Assembly (NCBI GenBank): GCA_021847575.1
Contig: JAJZQO010000005.1
Location: 27,745-91,744, forward strand
Reading direction: 5' to 3'
DNA from: Bacillota bacterium
Lineage (GTDB): Bacteria > Bacillota > Sulfobacillia > JAJZYS01 > JAJYTV01
DNA length: 64,000 bases
Shown here: in pieces, positions 49,201 through 57,872 of the stretch
How positions within the stretch are numbered: position 1 is the first letter of the stretch
Layout of the letters: each line of letters starts with the position of its first letter
Notes under the pieces: model-generated
The model's database searches: none
What the model saw: the letters and a program-made list of their open reading frames with translations, nothing else
Told to the model about the DNA's origin: nothing
Made by a program: the position numbers and the translations under genes

Positions 49201-50253
49201 CTGAAGCTCGACCTGCTCGGGCACGACGACCCCACCGTCCTGCGCCTGCTGGAGCGCTTCACAGGCATTGCGGCGCAAAGTGTGCCCTGCGACGATCCGG
49301 CGGCCATCTCCCTCTTCTCGAGCTGTGAGGCGCTCGGGCTGACGCGCGAGCAGCTCGGCACGAGCGTCGGCTCCTACGGGCTGCCCGAGTTCGGCACCCG
49401 CTTCGTCCGCCAGATGCTCGAAGCGACACGGCCGTCGAGCTTCGCCGAGCTTGTGCGCATTTCGGGACTTTCGCACGGCACAGACGTCTGGACGCACAAC
49501 GCCGACGAGCTGGTGCGGGCCGGCACGGCCACGCTGCGCGAGGTGATCGCGACGCGCGAGGACATCCTGCTGAACCTGATCGCCTGGGGACTACCGCCCA
49601 GCCACGCCTTCCAGATCACCGAGCGCGTGCGCAAGGGCAAGGGCCTGACGCCCGACCAGGAGGCCGAGATGCGGGCCCACGGCGTGTCGGACTGGTACAT
49701 CGGCTCATGCCAGAAGATCGGCTACATGTTCCCGAAGGCCCACGCGGCGGCCTACGTGATGATGGCGGTGCGCATCGCCTACTTCAAGGTCCACCATCCG
49801 GAGGCGTACTACGCCACCTACCTGAGCGTCCGGGCGGAGGAGTTCGACGCGAGCCTGGCGACTCTCGACGCTCAGGCCCTGCTGGAGCGGCATCAGGCGA
49901 TCGAAGGGGACCGCTCGGCGACAGCCCGCGAGCGCAGCCTCGCGACGATCCTGGAGGTCGTCCGCGAGATGCTGCTCAGAGGCATCCGTTTCGCTCCGCT
50001 CGATCTCAGCCTGTCGGACGAGCGCCTCTTCCTGCCGATCGGCAACCGCCTGATCCGCCCGCCGCTTCTCGCGCTCACCGGCCTCGGCCCGAGCGGCGCG
50101 GGCCAACTCGCGCAGGCGCGCGCTGAGCGCCCGTTCAGCTCGCTTGCGGACCTGCGCCAGCGGGGGCGTGTGCCGCGGCCCGTGATCGAGGCCATGCAGG
50201 CTATGGGTGCGCTGTCCGACCTGCCCGCGACCGACCAGATGACCCTGTTCTAG
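46285..50253 (+). CDS. polC: DNA polymerase III PolC-type (alpha subunit with intrinsic exonuclease)
   Basis: 1322 aa with PHP domain, the DEDDh exonuclease insert (ALDIETTSLSP ... ), the polymerase core and a C-terminal OB/HhH region. TTG start 7 nt after GGAGGT. Confidence 0.92.
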   Translation: MDSDEARLRDPFDAAWRRIVLESAPIAARGWLLAAEVSLDGSQVVVQVPQGGASLGLALMQGLEAPLEAALQRATGRALDVAFVAGGEGEIARPEPPALPRREPPQRQRLVFGRDFHGRTTALREITLDTSRVIAEGEVVSVDSRPRRGGGQIVTIGLSDHDEGLVVKFLVDDRQRLLKEPARGDWLRVRGQIGSDERQGEPILWARDAYLLHHELRQETLEQGRVELHLHTRMSQMDGLIDLSRLAAAAERLKISAFAITDHGVLQAYPEAQEIARKRGIKAIYGLEAFVVQDRPPITMRATDRPTDGDFVALDIETTSLSPRSGEVIEVGLVRFSGGQRVGEFDTLVRPDGPVSQRTQELTGIDPLSLQDAPRLAEVAADITGFIGELPVVAHNAGFDEGYLRTALLRLGHEVAWTVVDTLELGRALCPELRSHRLPDLAKRFEIGEFTHHRASADAEVAGRVALRLLAMAREAGATTLRQLDSLGERIALQHRRPLHTMLLVRSQAGLKALYRAVSQAHLQQFHRVPRLYEKQVRELQGEVLVGAAGCLQGAMLRAWLRGAEEQELLAIAEASDYLEVLPPKVLLASARAEGYLTSIAEAQEAVEAVCEIGRRTGRPVVAVGDVHYLEPDERELRAIVLRGAGREAAGETEREVHLRTAGEMLAEFQWLGAERAEEICLKNPERIAQLISDVQPVPDELSAPELPEAAKAVEEDARGRAREIYGDVLPELVAARLERELKAVIGNGFASIYRIAQLLTRRSLQDGYLVGSRGSVGSSFVAFLTGITEVNPLPPHWRCPTCRDVVFSQDAASGFDLPLRNCGACGTEMVRDGQDIPFETFMGFDGDKVPDIDLNFSGEYQPQIHRYTEELLGGQVYRAGTIATIAERTAYGLVKGHLEAAGRTARSPELERLAQGVTGVKRTTGQHPGGVMVVPVTDDVHRFTPLQHPADDAHSEIVTTHFDYHAISSRLLKLDLLGHDDPTVLRLLERFTGIAAQSVPCDDPAAISLFSSCEALGLTREQLGTSVGSYGLPEFGTRFVRQMLEATRPSSFAELVRISGLSHGTDVWTHNADELVRAGTATLREVIATREDILLNLIAWGLPPSHAFQITERVRKGKGLTPDQEAEMRAHGVSDWYIGSCQKIGYMFPKAHAAAYVMMAVRIAYFKVHHPEAYYATYLSVRAEEFDASLATLDAQALLERHQAIEGDRSATARERSLATILEVVREMLLRGIRFAPLDLSLSDERLFLPIGNRLIRPPLLALTGLGPSGAGQLAQARAERPFSSLADLRQRGRVPRPVIEAMQAMGALSDLPATDQMTLF

Positions 50254-50265
50254 AGTTCTCCGCGC

Positions 50266-51033
50266 TCAATGGAACTGCGCGAGGTTCAGCCTGATCTCGT
50301 CGGCGGCGATCGGCCCGCGGATCGGCGGCAGGTCGCGCGACGCCACGAAGCGCTCGGCGTTCTGGCTGCTCGGCTGCTGCAGGTCCGGGTAGCGGCGGGA
50401 GAACGGCTTGTCGTGGAAGTCGCGCATCACGCCCACGTCCCGGGTGCGGTCCATCGCCTCGTTGAAGAGGGCGGCGTGGGCCTCCTCTCGCTCCAGCAGG
50501 AACTCGATGGCCTGGCGGGCGCCGCGGTCGGGGATCTCGCGGAAGAGCATCTCGTAGACGCGCTTGGCCCGCAGTTCGGCCGCGACGTGGGGCGCCAGGT
50601 TCGCGACAACGTCGCCGGTGGAGTTGATGAAGGTGCCCGTGAAAGGCGAGCCGGACGAGTCGACGGGCATCGGACCGCCGCCGTCCAGCAAGATGGTCTT
50701 GAGGAACGTCGAATTGGCGCCGCGCAGCCCGTCGGCCTCGCGCTGCATGCGCGGGTCGGCGGTCCCGTCCACGGTGCCGGTGTGGATGGGCGCGAGGAAC
50801 TGGCTGATCAACGTTCCTACCACCTCGAGGTGGCTGATCTCCTCTGTGCTGATGTCGAGCAGGAGATCCCGCGTGGCGGGGTCCTGCGCGCCGAAGCTCT
50901 GCACGAAATACTGCAGGCAGGCCTTGAGTTCGCCGTTCGCCCCGCCGAACTGCTCAAGGAGCGCGGCGGCGTAGCCGGCGTTCGGCTCGTCGACCTGAAC
51001 GGGAATGATGAGGGCCTTGTCGTGATGAAACAT
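50266..51033 (-). CDS. Manganese-catalase family protein (CotJC-like)
   Basis: MFHHDKALIIPVQVDEPNAGYAAALLEQFGG ... LLLDISTEEISHLEVVGTLI matches the ferritin-like di-Mn catalase / CotJC N-terminus. SD GAGGAGGT. Confidence 0.8.
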   Translation of the reverse strand: MFHHDKALIIPVQVDEPNAGYAAALLEQFGGANGELKACLQYFVQSFGAQDPATRDLLLDISTEEISHLEVVGTLISQFLAPIHTGTVDGTADPRMQREADGLRGANSTFLKTILLDGGGPMPVDSSGSPFTGTFINSTGDVVANLAPHVAAELRAKRVYEMLFREIPDRGARQAIEFLLEREEAHAALFNEAMDRTRDVGVMRDFHDKPFSRRYPDLQQPSSQNAERFVASRDLPPIRGPIAADEIRLNLAQFH

Positions 51034-51219
51034 GGCAAACCTCCTCGCGGATAGCTACAGTTGCAGCATGTCCGCGGCAGGCGCAGCAGAGCCCGGCAGA
51101 CAGTGGCGGCCGAGGCAGCGGCGGGTGTAGGTGCCGCCGCCCCGCGGGGCGAAAGCAGGAGAAGTCCCGTCGCGGCGCGGCATGCGACGCTCCTGGGACG
51201 CTCTTGGCGGGCGGTCGTC

Positions 51220-51513
51220 TCAGTAGTCCCGCCCCTCGTCGCGATCGTGCAGATCGGGCATGTGCCCGAGCGACTGGTTGTACTTCGCCACGTTCGTCCG
51301 GGCGTAGTCCTGCCGCGGATCCAGCGGCCGCTCCTCGTACCGGTCGGGGTAGCGCCGACGCCTCAGCCAGCTCTGCAGCGACCGGGCGATGCCGAGGAGG
51401 AGCGCAAGACCGAACAGCGCGAACAGGTATTGCAGGGCAGATCCAACCTTTCTTGCCGCACTCTGCCAGCCGCATTCTACCACGCGGCGGGGAGGGGAGC
51501 GGTTGCCGAGAGC
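51220..51513 (-). CDS. Small putative membrane protein (hypothetical)
   Basis: About 98 aa counted from the internal Met. One TM helix (ALQYLFALFGLALLLGIA) and a charged C-terminal tail. Weak SD. No homology recognised. Confidence 0.3.
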   Translation of the reverse strand, partial: ALGNRSPPRRVVECGWQSAARKVGSALQYLFALFGLALLLGIARSLQSWLRRRRYPDRYEERPLDPRQDYARTNVAKYNQSLGHMPDLHDRDEGRDY

Positions 51514-51682
51514 CATCGGCCAGCCTTTTGTGCCTGCCGATTGCGCCTCCTGCTGGCGTCGCTCGCGGCCAGGTGTTATAGTGGGCATGTTGGTTTCCGG
51601 CACGTGCGCGTGGAGTGGGCTTGAACCCACTCCTTTGACCGTGTAGGGCTGCAGTTGCGATTTGGTGTTGGAGGGTTCGCCG

Positions 51683-52141
51683 TTGGCCTCGCCGGGGACG
51701 GTGCTGGAGGAACTCGTGCGCAGGGCCTGTCAGCAGGAGGGCGCCGAGCTTTGGGACATTGAGCGGACGTCGGCCGGTAAGCGCCAGGTGTTGCGGGTAA
51801 CGGTGGATCACCCCGAAGGTGTGACGCTGCCCCTCCTGGAGCGCGTCTCGCGACGCATCTCGCGGGAGCTTGACGAAGCGGACCCTATCCCCGGTACCTA
51901 TATGCTCGAGTGCGAGTCGCCCGGACCGCAACGCAGACTGAGGAACCTCGAAGACTGCAGGCGGTTTTCTGGCGAGCGGGCGCGCGTCCGGCTCGTGCCG
52001 CGGGACGGGAAGAAGAGATCGCTGATCGGTCGGATCGGTGCGGTGGAGGACGACAGGCTCTGGTTGAGCATGGCGGACAGCGAGGACGTCAGCGTCCCCT
52101 GGTCGGAAGTCCAGACGGCCCGTCTCGATCAGGAGCGGTAA
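51683..52141 (+). CDS. rimP: Ribosome maturation factor RimP
   Basis: TVLEELVRRACQQEGAELWDIER and the VTVDHPEGVTL motif. TTG 51683 is 7 nt after GGAGGG. The ORF-track start is TTG 51662. Confidence 0.8.
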   Translation: MASPGTVLEELVRRACQQEGAELWDIERTSAGKRQVLRVTVDHPEGVTLPLLERVSRRISRELDEADPIPGTYMLECESPGPQRRLRNLEDCRRFSGERARVRLVPRDGKKRSLIGRIGAVEDDRLWLSMADSEDVSVPWSEVQTARLDQER

Positions 52142-52153
52142 GGGGAGCGTAGG

Positions 52154-53182
52154 ATGGCGAGCGATTTCATTCGGGCTATCGAGGACGTGGCGCGTGAGAA
52201 GGGCGTCGAACGCGGCGTGCTGTTCGAGGCGATCGAGGCTGCACTCATCTCGGCGTATCGCCGCAACTTCGGCTCGTCCCAGAACGTGCGCGTCGAAGTG
52301 GACCGGGCTACCGGAGAGTTCCGGGTCCTGGGTCTGCACCAGGTCGTCGACGAGGTCAGCGACCCCAAGACGCAGGTGGGCGTCGCGGAGGCCAGGGTCG
52401 AGAACCCGCGCCTTGAGGTCGGCGACGTGCTCGAGCGCGAGGTGACGCCGCGCGACTTCGGGCGCATCGCGGCACAGACCGCCAAGCAGGTCGTGATGCA
52501 GCGGATCCGCGAGGCGGAGCGCGGCATCATCTACGAGGAGTTCCAGAGTCGCGAAGGCGATATCGTCACGGCCGTCGTGAGTCGTCCGGAAGCGCGCGTG
52601 GTGATCTGCGACCTCGGCCGCGCCGAGGCCATCCTGCCCCTCAGCGAGCAGATGCCGGGCGAGACGTACGTACCGGGTCAGCGCATGCGCTGCTACGTGC
52701 TCGAGGTCAAGCGGACCCCGAAGGGCCCGCAGGTCATGATCTCACGTACGCACCCCGCCCTTCTCAAGCGGCTGTTCGAACTCGAGGTGCCGGAGTTGCA
52801 CGACGGTTCGGTCGAGCTCAAGGCGATCGCCCGCGAGCCCGGGTCACGCTCCAAGGTCGCCGTCTGGGCGCGCGTGGACGGCGTCGACGCGCAAGGCGCC
52901 TGCATCGGCCCGAAGGGCGCCAGGGTGCACGCGATCGGCCAGGAGCTGCGCGGCGAGAAGGTCGACATCGTGCGCTGGTCTCCCGACCCCGAGGAGTTTG
53001 TCGCGAACGCTCTGCAGCCGGCCAAGGTGACGGGCGTCGCGATCGAAGAGGAGACCCGGACCGCGCGCGTCACCGTGCCGGAGTACCAACTGTCGCTCGC
53101 CATCGGCAAGGAAGGGCAGAACGCCCGCCTGGCCGCGCGCCTCACCGGCTACAAGATCGACATCAAGGCAGAGGGGGCATAG
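52154..53182 (+). CDS. nusA: Transcription termination/antitermination factor NusA
   Basis: N-terminal domain, S1 domain, and KH1/KH2 domains, 342 aa. Confidence 0.92.
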   Translation: MASDFIRAIEDVAREKGVERGVLFEAIEAALISAYRRNFGSSQNVRVEVDRATGEFRVLGLHQVVDEVSDPKTQVGVAEARVENPRLEVGDVLEREVTPRDFGRIAAQTAKQVVMQRIREAERGIIYEEFQSREGDIVTAVVSRPEARVVICDLGRAEAILPLSEQMPGETYVPGQRMRCYVLEVKRTPKGPQVMISRTHPALLKRLFELEVPELHDGSVELKAIAREPGSRSKVAVWARVDGVDAQGACIGPKGARVHAIGQELRGEKVDIVRWSPDPEEFVANALQPAKVTGVAIEEETRTARVTVPEYQLSLAIGKEGQNARLAARLTGYKIDIKAEGA

Positions 53183-53185
53183 CGT

Positions 53186-53455
53186 GTGCGAAGTCGCAAG
53201 CCGCCGATGCGCCTGTGCCTGGGATGCGGGCAGCAACGCCAGAAGCGCGAGTTGATGCGCGTTGTGCGCACGCCGGACGGTGGGGTGCAGGTGGACCAGA
53301 CCGGCAAGCTGAGCGGACGGGGCGCCTACATCTGCCCCGACCCCGAGTGCCTGAGGCTGGCGGTCAAGAACCAGCGCCTGAGCCGGGCCCTCGAAATCGA
53401 GCTGCCCTCCGAGATCGTGGCGGCGCTTTCCGCAAGACTCCAGGCGGTCACGTGA
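53186..53455 (+). CDS. ylxR: YlxR (DUF448) RNA-binding protein of the nusA-infB operon
   Basis: MRLCLGCGQQRQKRELMRVVRTPDG ... GRGAYICPDPECL matches the YlxR Cys motif. Confidence 0.8.
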   Translation: MRSRKPPMRLCLGCGQQRQKRELMRVVRTPDGGVQVDQTGKLSGRGAYICPDPECLRLAVKNQRLSRALEIELPSEIVAALSARLQAVT

Positions 53456-53745
53456 GGGACTTCTACGCGCTGATCGGCCTCGCCAGGCGCGCCAAGGTGC
53501 TGACATACGGCCTGGACGCGGTGCGGCTGGAGGCCAAGGCAGGCAGGGCACGCCTTGTGATCGTGGCGCTCGATGCCGCCGAGCGCGTCCTGCGCACCAG
53601 CGAAGCGTTCACCGCGACCGTGCGGCGCGCCGGGGTCATGGAGGCCCTGGGCCAGGCGATCGGCCACGGCCCGGTGGCGATCGTGGCGGTGACGGATCCA
53701 GGTTTCGCCCGCAGATTGATCGGCATGATCGATGGTACCGCGAGT
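53452..53745 (+). CDS. ylxQ: L7Ae-family ribosomal-protein-like YlxQ. The approximate end is given here because no in-frame stop exists until 54840
   Basis: FYALIGLARRAKVLTYG ... LVIVALDAAE ... [20 protein letters not shown] aligns end-to-end with Bacillus YlxQ, whose sequence stops right after ...LLD. Here the frame stays open for 1.1 kb into infB. Confidence 0.5.
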
Positions 53746-56269
53746 TCTACCGGGGGTGATCGGACTGACCGAACCAGGCCGTTTGCGAGTGTACGAACTC
53801 GCGAAGCAGCTCGACCTCGACAGCCGCAGGCTGATAGACCTGTTGCGCCGGCTCGGCGTCGAGGTGCGCAACCACATGTCGACGCTCGAGCCCGACACGA
53901 TTCAGAAGGTTACGGAGATCGTCAAGAGTCCGCCCAAGGTCGAGGAGCCGCCGCAGAACCCGCTGCACGCCAGCGGCGGCAGCCCGACCGGCGGCCTGGC
54001 GCCTCAGATCAAGAAGAAGCCCGAGAAGGGCGCGGCCGCGGTCCCGTCCCCCGCAAGCCACAGCCTGCCGGGCACGTCGCCGAGACCCGCCGCTCACGCA
54101 CAGGCGTCTGGCGCCCAGCCGGCGAGGAGCCTGCCGACACCTCCAGGCCAGCGCCAGGCCCTGCGCGAAGCTCCGGCGGGCGTAGACAGCCTGCCCCGGC
54201 CCGCGGGAAGCCTGCCAAGGCAGTCCGCCCCGCCGCGGCCGGGCATCGGTACGTTGCCCCAACGCCGGCAGCCGGGGTCCCAGCCGCACACGCCGGGCGC
54301 CGCGGGCCTGCCGACCCGCAGCGGCGCGGGCCAGTCGTTCGGCGGAGCGAGGACGGCGACCGCCGCCCCGGCGTCCGCCACGCAGCGCCCGGGAGCCCCG
54401 GGCAGGCCACCCCAGCGCCGCCGCGGCCCCGCCGACCGCAAGCGGGGCGAGGAGGAGCACCGCTTCGAGCGCCGCGTCCAGCAGCGCCGACGGCAGGCGG
54501 CTCCGGTCCGCACCGACCGGCCCGTGACGCTGGAGACCGCTCTCACGGTACAGGAACTCGGCCAGAAGCTCGGCGTGACGGCCGGGGAGCTGATCAGGCG
54601 CCTCATGGGCCTCGGCGTGATGGCCACGCTGAACCAGGAACTGGACGTGGACACGGCGGCGCTCGTCGCGACGGACATCGGCTTCCAGGTGGAGATCAAG
54701 CCGCCCGGCCCGACGCTCGAGGAAGAGGTCGAGCAGGAGCAGCCAGACCCGCCCGAGAAGCTGCGCCTGCGCGCCCCGACCGTCGTGGTGATGGGCCACG
54801 TAGACCACGGCAAGACAAGCCTCCTCGACGCGATTCGTGACACCAACGTCACCGTCCACGAGGCCGGGGGCATCACACAGCATATCGGCGCGTCGGTCGT
54901 GCACCACAAGGGCAAGCGCGTCGTCTTCCTCGACACGCCGGGCCACGCGGCCTTTACCTCGATGCGCGCCCGCGGCGCGTCGATCACCGACATCGCGGTG
55001 CTCGTGGTGGCAGCCGACGACGGGGTGATGCCGCAGACGATCGAGGCGATCAACCACGCCCGCGCAGCAGGTGTGCCGATCGTCGTAGCCATCAACAAGA
55101 TCGACAAGCCGGGGGCCAACGTCGAACGGGTCCGCCAGCAGCTCGTCGAGCAGGGACTCCTGCCCGAAGAGTGGGGCGGCGACACGATCATGGTGGAGGT
55201 GTCCGCCCGCACGCGGCAGGGCATCGACACCCTGCTCGAGATGCTGCTGCTCGTCGCGGAGTTGCGTGAACTGAAGGCGAACCCGGACAAGCTGGCGCGC
55301 GGCACGGTGCTCGAGGCGCGCTTGGATCGCGGCCGCGGGCCGGTCGCGACGATCCTCGTGCAGTCCGGCACGCTCGACTCCGGCGACGCATTTGTCGTCG
55401 GCAGCGCGTACGGCCGCGTACGCGCGCTCTACGACGACCGCGGCAAGCTGGTGCGCCGCGCGGGACCGGCGACGCCCGTCGAGGTGCTGGGCCTGAGCGA
55501 AGTGCCGGAGGCCGGCGACCACTTCATCGTGGTCGACGACGAGCGCAAGGCGCGCGCCGTAGCCGACGCGCGGCGGCAGCGCTCGCGCGTCGAGGACCTC
55601 AGGCCGGAATCCCGCACGAGCCTCGAGGATCTCTTCGAGCGCATCCAGGGCGGCGAGCTGCAGGACCTCAACATCGTTCTCAAGGGCGATGTGCAGGGTT
55701 CCGTCGAGGCTTTGCACGCTTCGCTCGAAAGGCTCTCGACACCCGAGGTGCGGGTGCACGTGCTGCATGAGGGCGTCGGCGGCATCAACGAATCGGACAT
55801 CGGGCTCGCCCAGACGACGAAGGCGATCGTCATCGGCTTCAACGTCCGTCCGGACGTGGCGGCCCGCAGGCTCGCCGAACGCGAGGCGGTCGACGTGCGC
55901 ACATACCGGGTGATCTACGAGGCCATCGACGAGATCGAGGCCGCCATCCACGGCATGCAGCGGCCCGAATTCAAGGAGAAGGTGCTCGGCCACGCCGAGG
56001 TGCGCGAGGTATTCCGCGTGCCGAAGGTGGGCGCTATCGCGGGCCTCTACATCACCGAGGGCAAGGTCACGCGGCAGTCCCGGGTGCGGGTCGTGCGCGA
56101 CGGCGTGGTGCTGCACGAGGGCGACCTCGCCTCGCTCAGGCGCTTCAAGGACGACGTGCGCGAGGTCGAGCAGGGCTATGAGTGCGGCGCGGGCCTGGAG
56201 AAGTTCCAGGACGTCCGCGAGGGCGACAAGCTGGAGTTCTTCACGATCGAGGAGGTTCCCCGCAACTGA
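53732..56269 (+). CDS. infB: Translation initiation factor IF-2
   Basis: N-terminal [22 protein letters not shown], a Pro/Ala/Gly-rich linker, the G-domain ([24 protein letters not shown]), and the C2 beta-barrel. Start ambiguous: ATG 53732 has no SD, whereas CTG 53765 lies 5 nt after GGGGGTGA. Confidence 0.9.
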   Translation: MVPRVLPGVIGLTEPGRLRVYELAKQLDLDSRRLIDLLRRLGVEVRNHMSTLEPDTIQKVTEIVKSPPKVEEPPQNPLHASGGSPTGGLAPQIKKKPEKGAAAVPSPASHSLPGTSPRPAAHAQASGAQPARSLPTPPGQRQALREAPAGVDSLPRPAGSLPRQSAPPRPGIGTLPQRRQPGSQPHTPGAAGLPTRSGAGQSFGGARTATAAPASATQRPGAPGRPPQRRRGPADRKRGEEEHRFERRVQQRRRQAAPVRTDRPVTLETALTVQELGQKLGVTAGELIRRLMGLGVMATLNQELDVDTAALVATDIGFQVEIKPPGPTLEEEVEQEQPDPPEKLRLRAPTVVVMGHVDHGKTSLLDAIRDTNVTVHEAGGITQHIGASVVHHKGKRVVFLDTPGHAAFTSMRARGASITDIAVLVVAADDGVMPQTIEAINHARAAGVPIVVAINKIDKPGANVERVRQQLVEQGLLPEEWGGDTIMVEVSARTRQGIDTLLEMLLLVAELRELKANPDKLARGTVLEARLDRGRGPVATILVQSGTLDSGDAFVVGSAYGRVRALYDDRGKLVRRAGPATPVEVLGLSEVPEAGDHFIVVDDERKARAVADARRQRSRVEDLRPESRTSLEDLFERIQGGELQDLNIVLKGDVQGSVEALHASLERLSTPEVRVHVLHEGVGGINESDIGLAQTTKAIVIGFNVRPDVAARRLAEREAVDVRTYRVIYEAIDEIEAAIHGMQRPEFKEKVLGHAEVREVFRVPKVGAIAGLYITEGKVTRQSRVRVVRDGVVLHEGDLASLRRFKDDVREVEQGYECGAGLEKFQDVREGDKLEFFTIEEVPRN

Positions 56270-56550
56270 GGGCCGCCGTCTTCGCCGCAGAGATCAGCGT
56301 CCGCATACCCTGGGCGCAGTCCCTCAAGGACAGGCGTCAGGTTGCGCGCAGTCTGGTGCAGCGGCTCGGACGCCAGCCGAACGTCGCCATCGCCGAACTC
56401 GCGGACGACGCCGACCCGCGGCGCCTGGACCTTGGCATCGCCGCGGTGAGCGGCAGCCCGGGCCACGCGCGCCAGCTGGTTGGGGCGGCGATCGCCGCGA
56501 TCGAACGCGAAGGCTACGAACTTGAGGTTCGCCTGGACGGCGAACGCTAG
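56266..56550 (+). CDS. DUF503 (YlxP-like) protein of the infB-rbfA operon
   Basis: AEISVRIPWAQSLKDRRQVARSLVQRL ... IAAVSGSPGHA aligns with YlxP. The conserved N-terminus begins at CTG 56266, 10 nt after GGAGG and overlapping the infB stop. The only canonical alternative is GTG 56182, with a weak SD and a 28-aa extension inside infB. Confidence 0.65.
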   Translation: MRAAVFAAEISVRIPWAQSLKDRRQVARSLVQRLGRQPNVAIAELADDADPRRLDLGIAAVSGSPGHARQLVGAAIAAIEREGYELEVRLDGER

Positions 56551-56565
56551 GGCAGGGGGGATGAC

Positions 56566-56919
56566 ATGGCGACGACACGCCATCTGCGTTTGCAGGAGCG
56601 CATCATGCAGGAGACGGCACTGATCCTGCGCGATCTCAAGGATCCCAGGATCGGCATGTGCAGCGTCGTGCGGGCGGAGGTGTCGCCGGACGGCGAGTTT
56701 GCCCGCATCTACGTCTCCACCCTGGCCACCGGCGACGCCGCCGAGGCGGCCATGAAGGCGCTGAGGCGCGCGTCCGGCTTCGTGCGCTCGCGGCTCGGCG
56801 AGGTGCTCAGCACCCGCAAGGTGCCGGAGATCCGCTTCAAGCTGGACGAGTCCCTGCGCAACGGCCAGCGTATCGACGAGATCCTGCGCGATCTCGGCCC
56901 GGAGGGCATGAGACCGTGA
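56566..56919 (+). CDS. rbfA: Ribosome-binding factor A
   Basis: RLQERIMQETALILRDLKDPRIGMCSVVRAEVSPDGEFARIYVS. Confidence 0.9.
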   Translation: MATTRHLRLQERIMQETALILRDLKDPRIGMCSVVRAEVSPDGEFARIYVSTLATGDAAEAAMKALRRASGFVRSRLGEVLSTRKVPEIRFKLDESLRNGQRIDEILRDLGPEGMRP

Positions 56920-57872
56920 ACGAGATCGCGAACGCCCTGCGTTCCGCAAAGCGCATCCTGATGTCGCTGCACCGCCAGCCGGACGGCGACTCGATCGGCA
57001 GCACGCTCGCCATCGCGCTCGGGCTCAGGCGGCTCGGCAAGCATGTGACTGTGGCCACGCCCGATCCCGTGCCGCGCGTCTACGACTTCCTGCCCGGTGT
57101 CGACACGATCGTGCCGTGGGCCGAGGTCCAGGACGGCGCTTACGACCTGGTTGCGCTCTACGACTGCGCCGACGAGCGGCGCACCGGCGCGCCGCGGCCC
57201 TTCGCGGCGTACGCGCCGAAGGTGCTGCAGGTCGACCACCATGCCACGAACAGCCGCTACGGCGACGTGGTCTTCGTCGATCCCCTCGCCGCGGCCAGCG
57301 CGGAGCTCGCTTACCGCACGCTCGAACTGCTCGGCGTCACAGTGGACCGCGAGCTCGCGCTGCTGCTCTACGTCGGCCTCGAGACGGACACCGGCGGCTT
57401 CCGCTACGCCTCCACGACGCCGGGCAGCCATCGCCTCGCGGCGCGCCTGCTCGACGCGGGCATCGATCCCGGCGAGGTCTCGCAGCTCGTCTACGAGCGC
57501 CAGTCGGAAGGCGGCCTGCGCCTGCTCGGCCTGGCGCTGCACTCGCTTCGGGTGCGGCGCGACCTCTCGCTCGCCTACTTCGTGCTGAGCGACGAGGACT
57601 TCGCCCGGGCCGGGGCAACGGTGCAGGACGCCGAGACGATCGGCATCGTCGACTACGCGCGCCGCCTCGCGGGCATCGAGGTGGCGGCGCTGCTGCGCAG
57701 CGAAGGGCCGGGGGAGGTCAAGCTGAGCCTGCGCTCCAAGGGACACGTCGACGTGGCCAAACTCGCCGCGCGCATCGGCGGCGGCGGACACGAACGGGCG
57801 GCCGGGGCCAACGTCAAGACCGACCTCGCCCAGGCGGAGCGGATGCTTCTTGAGCTGCTCTCGCCGCAATGA
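56916..57872 (+). CDS. nrnA: DHH/DHHA1 phosphoesterase (NrnA-type bifunctional oligoribonuclease / pAp phosphatase)
   Basis: HRQPDGDSIGS and DHH motifs (QVDHHATN), plus the DHHA1 GGGH motif (GGGGHERAAG). GTG start overlaps the rbfA stop. Confidence 0.8.
   Translation: MNEIANALRSAKRILMSLHRQPDGDSIGSTLAIALGLRRLGKHVTVATPDPVPRVYDFLPGVDTIVPWAEVQDGAYDLVALYDCADERRTGAPRPFAAYAPKVLQVDHHATNSRYGDVVFVDPLAAASAELAYRTLELLGVTVDRELALLLYVGLETDTGGFRYASTTPGSHRLAARLLDAGIDPGEVSQLVYERQSEGGLRLLGLALHSLRVRRDLSLAYFVLSDEDFARAGATVQDAETIGIVDYARRLAGIEVAALLRSEGPGEVKLSLRSKGHVDVAKLAARIGGGGHERAAGANVKTDLAQAERMLLELLSPQ

Noticed and set aside
51600-51630. tRNA-like hairpin GGAGTGGGCTTGAACCCACTCC upstream of rimP
   Set aside because: It is a single 8-bp stem-loop with no cloverleaf, anticodon arm or flanking tRNA features. 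It is more likely a small terminator or leader hairpin.
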